Source: Paramecium tetraurelia (taxonomy: Eukaryota). Taken from it: a stretch of DNA of 64,000 nt. This document shows, in pieces, positions 56,030 to 64,000 of the stretch (the first letter of the stretch is position 1; the number at the start of each line of letters is the position of its first letter). The notes beneath the pieces were generated by a model, which had not been told where the DNA came from, ran no database searches, and saw nothing but the letters and a program-made list of their open reading frames with translations. The stretch lies in the NCBI GenBank assembly GCA_000165425.1, contig CT868028.1, positions 114,835 to 178,834 on the forward strand. The letters are read 5' to 3'. Both the position numbers and the translations under genes were made by a program.

Positions 56030-56179
56030 NNNNNNNNNNNNNNNNNNNNNNNNNNNNNNNNNNNNNNNNNNNNNNNNNNNNNNNNNNNNNNNNNNNNNNN
56101 NNNNNNNNNNNNNNNNNNNNNNNNNNNNNNNNNNNNNNNNNNNNNNNNNNNNNNNNNNNNNNNNNNNNNNNNNNNNNNN
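56030..56179. other. Assembly gap (150 N)
   Basis: Run of N. Confidence 1.
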
Positions 56180-56731
56180 TGACCCCCTTCCAATTTGCTA
56201 ACTTGAATAAACTACTGTACCTGACTCATCTCCACTCATACTGCTTCTCCTTCTTTGGCTACTCAAATCACCGTCGCCTTCTCTGAACTTGCTCTTTTCG
56301 CCCAGCCTTTTCCCTCGCTCTTCCGCCCCCGCTTTGTCCACCCACTCCCCCCTGTGTTAGCATGATTCTGGCCTTCTCTCCTCTCACCCCTACTATATCT
56401 TCGCCACCCGTGTAATACAGAGCTTTCCTCTTTACAACCTACTAGTTGCACTTGGCTTTTTCCTACATAGAACCATAACGTATCCAAACCTCCTTAAACT
56501 CGCATATCTATCCACTAATCACCCTTTAGGAGTCGGCTAGAATTTTGCGACTAGGCTCCTTCGCGATCGACACAACAGTAGCATGTCTAACCCCCAATGC
56601 CGCATTAAGTTCCCACTTTGCTCGTCCCTAAGGTGCCTCTTTCCCAATTTCGCGCTAACCTAGCCACTCCATAATCAGATCTTTAGTTTTTCAATTAAAA
56701 AATTAATTAATTATTAAAAATAAAAAAGAAC

Positions 56732-56805
56732 CGCCCTCCAAGGGGGTCGAACCCTTGACATTTGGCTTAAAAGGCCAACGCTCTGACCAACTGAGCTAGG
56801 AGGGC
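56732..56805 (-). tRNA. tRNA-Lys(TTT), identical inverted copy
   Basis: Exact reverse complement of 55737-55810. Confidence 0.95.
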
Positions 56806-57039
56806 TAGCTTAACATATTTCTTATCCTTTCATTAATGAATTCTCCAAAATAATAATTTATAATTCAAAATAAGGAATTATTCTCTTTTGATAAATTCCT
56901 ATATAAAATCTAAACAAATTATTGATTATAAACTGGCTTGAATTAGCTTTTCTATAGATTTACTCATTTATGCATAATCCATTATTGAATTTATGTAATA
57001 TTTATAGATAACCCTAAATCAATTTATTGAATTATTAAT

Positions 57040-57531
57040 ATGAATAAATTATTTCGCTTTGCCAAAGTGATTGCAAAATCGATTTTCAAACCTGTTTAAA
57101 CAAGTTTTTATAGGATTCCTTAAATTAATCAAGTTATAAGTGATGATAATAGAAAGAAACACTCATTTAATACACTCGCATTCTAGTAATTTAAATTAAT
57201 ATATATATTTCTAGGAATCATTTGCAAATAATTTACTTATAAAATTAAGTACAAATACAATAAAAAGTATAAGCAGGCCTCTCGGAATTAGGTAATTAAT
57301 TTTAAACTATCCCAAGTAAAAATCAATGCCTAGTTATTAAAATAAACAAATTATGTCAGGTTTGCAGGAGACTATAGTCCTTGCGTTAACCCCGAATAGT
57401 TTGTTCATGCTTTATAGTTTTATAGATATGGAGCCGTGGCTTAATTCTATAGTATCGACGATTTGGAGACAACCAACAGCGGTTACGAATCAGACCCAGA
57501 GGTTGAATTTTAGGATAGCCAGATTCTATGA
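57040..57531 (+). CDS. Hypothetical protein with mitochondrial-presequence-like N-terminus
   Basis: MNKLFRFAKVIAKSIFKPVQTSFYR...; two short introns; ends EVEFQDSQIL*. Confidence 0.5.
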
Positions 57532-57772
57532 AGCAATGGCTAGCCAATGGATTTATTCTGATGGTTTTATTTAAAATGGCTTTTATTTTAATCATCTTTT
57601 AATATTATAGAATTTTCTATCAATAAACTTAAACATAGAATAGATGATCTATCTTTTGGATTGATAAATTTTCATATAATAGTTTGAATAAAGCTGGGAA
57701 TTAGGAGAAATGTAGCTGTATACCATCTTATTGGATTTTGATGATATTATCAATTAAAAATTTTATTATTAA

Positions 57773-58532
57773 ATGAATAAAGAGAGTGTGCCAATGTTTA
57801 AGTTTATAGTCATAGGCGATCAATGTAAGTGGGTATGTCAGACTTAGCTGTGGGTAAAAGTAGCTTTGTAAAATAATATTCCGAATCCATTTTCATTGAA
57901 ACTCATAAACCAACTATCGGAGTAGAATTTGTAAAAAAAATGGTAGTTGTGGATAAACGCAAGGTTGAATTATAAATTTGGGATACTGTATTTCAGGTCT
58001 TATAAAATAGGCTGGATAAGAATAATTTCGTAGTATGATTAAGAGTTTTTATCGTGGTGCAGCTGCAGTTTTTGTTTTGTATAGTGTAAATTAAAGAGAT
58101 TCCTTTGAAAAATTGCATGAATGGTTAGGAGAATTACAGGAGAGTGCTCATGAAGAAATTGTTAAAATTTTGGTTGGAAATAAATCAGATTTGGATAGAG
58201 AAATTTCAATATAAGAGGCAGAAAAATTCATGAATGGAAATAATTTTAGTTTATTTTTTGAAACATCTGCCAAAACAGGATAAAATGTAGAAAAAGTAAA
58301 TATAGTTATTGATTTTAAGGTTTTTGTAGAAGCTGTCAAATTAGTAATTATGCGTATGTTTACAAGTGAATCCTTTAAAAACTCTATAAAAACAATCAAA
58401 AAGACACCTGCAAATTCTAGACAAAATACTAGTAGAAACGAGCTATAAGATGATTCGAATTAAATACAGAAACCAATACAATTATAAGTTACTCCACAAG
58501 CACAAAAACAAGAAGAAAAGTAATGTTGTTGA
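57773..58532 (+). CDS. Rab-family small GTPase (Rab2/4/14-like)
   Basis: GDQSVGKS, PTIGVEF, WDTAGQEQFRS, GNKSD, ETSAK, C-terminal CC; three short introns. Confidence 0.93.
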
Positions 58533-58599
58533 ATATTAAAATATTGTCATGTATTATATATAACATTATTGCATCCAATTAATTTAAAAATTAATACTC

Positions 58600-61500
58600 A
58601 ATTAGTTAAATTTAAGGAAAGAGTTTTAATATGATATTATCTGAGAAAAGAGAGTTTATTTCTAAAATGATATGAAAAGGAATTTTTAATTAAAGAAATT
58701 AACTTTTGAATTATTTTAAAATATTTAGCATTACTTAATTTTATAGTAACCATAAATTACTAACAATTTCATAAATTCCTCCTAATATTCTATCTATGTT
58801 AATCATGTAATGCATTTCTCACAATATGTTAATATTAATTTAATAAAATAATCTTCGAAATTTAGTCTACTTTATCCATATCTAATTTATATTTATCCCA
58901 ATCTAGATCATCATCAGTTATTTATTCTAATTCTTGACCTAGGTTATTATAATATAAGGTGAAAAAATTAACTAATGATATTGGATAAGATGTTATCACA
59001 ACTTTGCCAGAACTCAAACAAACATAGAGTGAATGGCCGTTGTGTTCCTCTTCAGCATGTAAACTCAAGTTGCCAGATTAATTGTTATTACATGAACCTA
59101 AGCAATATGTTTTCAAACAAAGTAAACAAACAGAAATATCTTTACTATTTTGAAAGTTTAAGTTAAAAAAGCCACACTTTTTGCATAAGTTCTTGATATA
59201 TCTAAGTCGAAAAATTTCAAAATTATTTCCCAATAGTGTGGCTATTTAATTTGATATTTCATTTTAAATTTGATAAAAATCTGCAATACATTTTGATGAT
59301 ATTTTATATTATTAACTATGAAAGAGTTTCTCCTTGAATTCTATTTCGAAAAAGTTAAAAAATATTTTAACTATGTCATCATTTTGTATTGGCAATGATA
59401 ACAATATATTTTAGACCCCCTATTAGAACTCATTTTTACTAATTACTTACATTACATAATTTTCGATCATCAGCATTATATCCAAAATAAATATTTATCC
59501 TTCTTTAAAATTGAGTATCTTTTACTGATATTTTACATTGCTATAATTATACCTTAGAATTTTTAAAAGTTGTTAAAAAATCTAAATCTTTCCAGATCTC
59601 TAAAAGTCAACTTTTGACACTAACATTTAGATCAAAATATTAATAAGTAACTAATAAATCATTTCGGGTACAATTAGCTCCTCATTACCTTGATGTTTTG
59701 TTAATAATTCTTTATCTAAATTTAGCTCAATTAAAGTTGCCGATGCATCTTAAATAAATTAATCAAAATGAACCTCAAGTAAAGTATTTGGAAATAAAAG
59801 ATTGCAACTTTATTAGCAAATAGGACAATGAGATATTAACCATAATGGTAAGTCTTTATTGAATTTATTTAAAAATGAGTTTACTAGGCATTCAAAATGA
59901 AACTAATGCTTGCAACTAGATATATAAAACAGATTTAATTTCGAGTCATTTAATAGGTTTTATAATGTAGTCGGCATAGTCTCATATAGGTCTTATTTTG
60001 CAAATGTTTAGATTAAAATAGGGGTATATCTATCATTGTTGGTTAAGATCAATTTACATGACTAGCAGTAATCGTTTTCATCATATTTTTCTTATGGTAT
60101 TTCTAATTGAACGTTGAAATCTAATTATTGATTAAATTTAGTCTATTTCTAAAGATATTTATTTTTCATCTTGCATTTATCTGAAACCAATATTTAAGTA
60201 TTTTATGATTATAATGTGCTTGATCCTATTTAAAATATTTATTTTAAATTATCAATAATACGAGTCATATGTGTTACACAGGTTTAATCATTAGAATTTT
60301 ATTATTAAGCAAGTGAATGTATTAATGCAAATACCTCTTAATCAATCATATTTTATTATTTAAATAAAATAATAATCAAATAATTTAGTAGTTGATAAGT
60401 TTATATGGGTTATTGATGATTCTATTATATTTAATAAATCAACTATTAAATAAATGGTTTATTAGCCAGTAGGAGAAACTTATCAAAAAATATTTAATTT
60501 GCATTTGGATTAATTTACCTGATGATCTCATCAGCTTTATATTGAATGTAATTTCCATAAGTGATAAATTCTTATGATTTTCTTTGATCTATTAATCTGT
60601 CTAAGAATTATCCTTAAATTGTTGTATTTTTCTAGAATAAGATAGGATCAAAATATTATGGAACATCCTTTTTTAGAGTAAATTTTTTAGATATCTAGTC
60701 CAATTGACATACCTCTTAAACAAAATTCTGTATTTATTAATTAGTTGCTATTTTTAATTATGATATGTATTTCTTTATTTCATTATAGCTCAAACTTGAG
60801 GATTGATTGAATATATTTATTATTGCATAATGAATGGTCGATTTAAGCTAATCAGGATATAAGTCTATTTTTTCTTCTAACATTTATAAAACATTCCAAA
60901 AATCTATATCTGATGATATTACGTTTAATAAAATGGAACTATAATTTATGAGGATAATTACTTATAAATTTAAGATGCTACAATTTAAATAGGAATTCTG
61001 AAGTTTTAAAATACATCATCTAAAATCAATAATCCATCCTGCTAAAATAAAAATAGGAATAACTTTATGAAAGCAAGATCAATAGATTCCAGTTAGTTAT
61101 TTATATTTGAATATTTAAAATATAATTTCTTTTATGAATCAAAATTAAAAGAAATAAAATTTTAAAGGCATTCAATTAGTAAATAATTAAACAATTTCTT
61201 TAAATCCTTCAAGCATTCTATTCTAAGAACTTACATCAAATGTTTTAGAAATCCTTATTTATCAACAAATTAACCATCAAAATACTCAAGAATTAACATT
61301 TCAATAAAAATTAGATTTGTAACTATGGGTCTTTTCAAAAGTTTTAGACTTAATAGCAGATATGCATCATATACTTCTTTCTACTTTTATGGAAAGGCCT
61401 CAGTGTTTATGTAATCTGAATAGAAATCATCAATTTATTCAAAATTTCTATAATTTTCCATGTCTTAGATTAATTGTAAATAACATTGATACAAAATTAT

Positions 61501-63087
61501 TCTTGATAGATTTCTTTTTCCAATCTGTTTGGGCATCAGACTTCTCAAGCTTTTAAGCATACTATTAAATATCTTAAGTTGAAGTGAGATATAATTAATA
61601 AGAATAGCAACTGTAATTAGATCATTTTATTAAACAACAAGTTTATCGAATTTGAATCTCCTCGTTTCCTTTTTAACATTATTATAGGAATGGAGCAATT
61701 ATGTTAAGAAAAATTGCCTTTATTAAAAATCCTCATAATCCTTTTCGGAAATGATTGTCATTTAAAACGAATCAAATTTATCATCTAAAATTTATTTGAA
61801 TGAGTTCATGATAGCATACTTAAACCATTTGATTTCAATTCTAAATGTTAATAGATTTAAATGTAAATATGAAAAATCTTAACTATACTCAACATTTTAA
61901 AAATATAGTTATTGACTCAAAATAAGGCTTTGTAGATAAGGAGAACAAATTTTAGGATTTAAAAAGGTTTCTATCGTTTCTTAAGGACAAAATTGTGTAT
62001 GTTGACCTCTAAATAATGTTATGTATAAATAAACAAAGTTCTTCTCGTTTTCTAATTGATGTTTTTGCAAAGAAAGAATTTCTTGTGATTCGTTATATTC
62101 TGTTGCCTTTAGAGTAACGACATTTTTCCCTTTATCACAATTTTCTAATTTCTCATGTATAATTTTTAACTTATTGAAGACATCTTAATTTAGTTAGTAA
62201 AATTTATGAAATTTGTGAAAATTATTCATAAAAATTAAGTGTGTTAGCTATTTAAATTAATCGTCAGCATGAAAAGCATAAAAAATTTATACTATTTATT
62301 CTCCTTTATAAGGTCCTAATGATTCTAAAACTAATTATCTTTCAAAAATGTCTTGCAATATTAATTGTTTGGAATTCGTATCAATTTGTTATAAAATAGT
62401 AGTGATCAAAAAGATATTCTTATGATCAACTTCTATAAACCAAGATATAAATTTAATTAATAGCTGATGAAAATAAAGTGCTTTGCAAAAGCTTACATAA
62501 TAGTCCTATATACCAATGGCCTCTTATATTTTTTTCAAGTTCCATCTAACAGCAATATCATAAATCTTAACATAAGTTGGAAGGATGAAAGTCTTAGGTT
62601 GAATTTCAAGGTATAGCTAATTTAAGATATTATTGAGACATTTAATAAGCATTTAAGTATTATTTTGGATCTCATCAGGTATTTATGATAGAATTTCTTC
62701 TTTATTTATATGAGCATGACCCTGATGATGATCACAAATTCCTAATTTAAGAGAATTAATATCTCCGCAGTCACAACATCCACTAGTGTCCTTAAGAACA
62801 AATTTATGATCTAAAATATTATTCATAATACTTATGTGTTTGTTAATATCAAAGCATTTGACGCAAATCATATGATGAGTGTCTCCAGAGCAATCAAAAC
62901 ATTGAAAACTCAACTCTCCTTTTGGAATATGAGCTCCACATACAGAATGTACTTTTTATTTATGATCTTATAATTATAAAGATTTCTTTGAAATCAAAAG
63001 ATTGTACAATTACTCCATTTCTACTTGTTGTTGATTATTATTGTAGAGACTTTACAATTCTGATTCGATTGTTTCCATTGACATCAT
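58600..63087 (-). CDS. UBR-box/RING N-recognin-type E3 ubiquitin ligase (3' end approximate)
   Basis: VCGAHIPKGELSFQCFDC...MICVKCF...H..H.....GCCDCGD...CDHH UBR box; RING-like CKHQFHFECL...CPIC near 59800-59920. Confidence 0.8.
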
Positions 63088-64000
63088 GATTGATTAAAAT
63101 ATTTAATAAAATATTTTTATTTTTGCAATACTTTTAAAATGAAAAGCCTCATTTCTGATGAAGTTAAGAAAACTTAATATAATTTTTTTTAAGTCTTTAA
63201 AATTAAAATTATACATATTTATTCTTTCAATATTTCATTTATATTCAAGAAAATCAAAGAGAATTTTTCCCTTTAATTTTTGAATGAAATATAAAATTTT
63301 AATTATTAATATAAATAAGGAAACTAATATAATTTAATTGATAGAAATAATAGTGATATGAAATACATTATTGTAAACCTAGATTAATTAATATTCAATT
63401 CTTCCCTATATATAATAACTTAATTTATAATCTTGTGAGGGATTTAGAATGATATATCACATAATTTTATTTAACTCAAAGTGAATAGTAAATTATAATT
63501 GTTTATTAAATATTTGTGATGACTTATTAATAGCTTTATTATATATTGTAAATCAAATTCATAATCTAAATGAACTTAATCTCTTTATTTGCATAAATTC
63601 CAATTTTAATTTATTAATACAATTTTATAATGGTTCAGTATATATGATAATAAGAATAAAGTTTAGAATAAAGTATTTAAAGGGAAAAACACACATATCC
63701 TCAGAGTATATAATTTTCCACTTACCTAATAAATAGAAGATTTTAAAAAAGTTAAGTTGATATCACAAATTAGACTTAATTTAAGGTACAACATAAATTG
63801 TTTTCAACCATTCGTATAATCTAAATATCTCTTCGTTATTTGAAAGGAATAGTAAGTTTGCAAAATTTGAGTGCATTTATTTCCACATTGTTTATTAAGT
63901 ATTTTAAAATATGTATTAAACTCTTAGAGAAATGAAGTTAAAGCAATTGATCTCCTGATAGATGTAAAATATAAATATAAACATAAAGTCATTTGTTTTC

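Larger units (their letters stand above)
55665..56877. repeat. ~165-bp inverted repeat (arms ~55665-55830 and ~56712-56877), each arm carrying tRNA-Lys
   Basis: ~70 nt of 5' flank and ~20 nt of 3' flank are shared with only a few differences. Confidence 0.85.

Noticed and set aside
56180..56680. GC-rich pyrimidine-skewed segment and its 74-aa minus ORF as a foreign gene or mobile element
   Set aside because: It abuts an N gap, has no recognisable motif and resembles a low-quality read tail; it cannot be supported without reads

Overview
Very AT-rich, gene-dense ciliate macronuclear DNA, almost certainly Paramecium (inference). Genes read only with translation table 6 (TAA/TAG=Gln, TGA the only stop; e.g. 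the Rab WDTAGQE Gln is TAA) and carry tiny 20-32 nt GT..AG introns, so the supplied standard-code ORF track shows fragments only. About 30 protein genes were reconstructed by eye: a SNARE, a CNBD K+ channel, an IP3R-type Ca2+-release channel, a Prp2/DHX16 helicase, bZIP, CRC, ePHD and HTH nuclear factors, an FG-nucleoporin, a jacalin-like lectin, a kinase, Tim22, a GPx-fold protein, two tandem LRR paralogues, DNAJC17, a divergent P2B-type ATPase, a Rab and a UBR-box E3. There are also a kinase pseudogene and two inverted tRNA-Lys(TTT) copies around an assembly gap. The standout is a family of eight non-canonical tRNA-like genes: seven in tandem at 24881-26331 and one at 55366-55435. They keep a cloverleaf with compensatory stem changes, Pol III B boxes and T-run terminators, and share C9 and an A27:A43 mismatch. 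All eight 7-nt anticodon loops differ (triplets GTA, GGA, GAC, GCA, ACA, GCT, GCA, CAT). CDS boundaries are manual and some are approximate.
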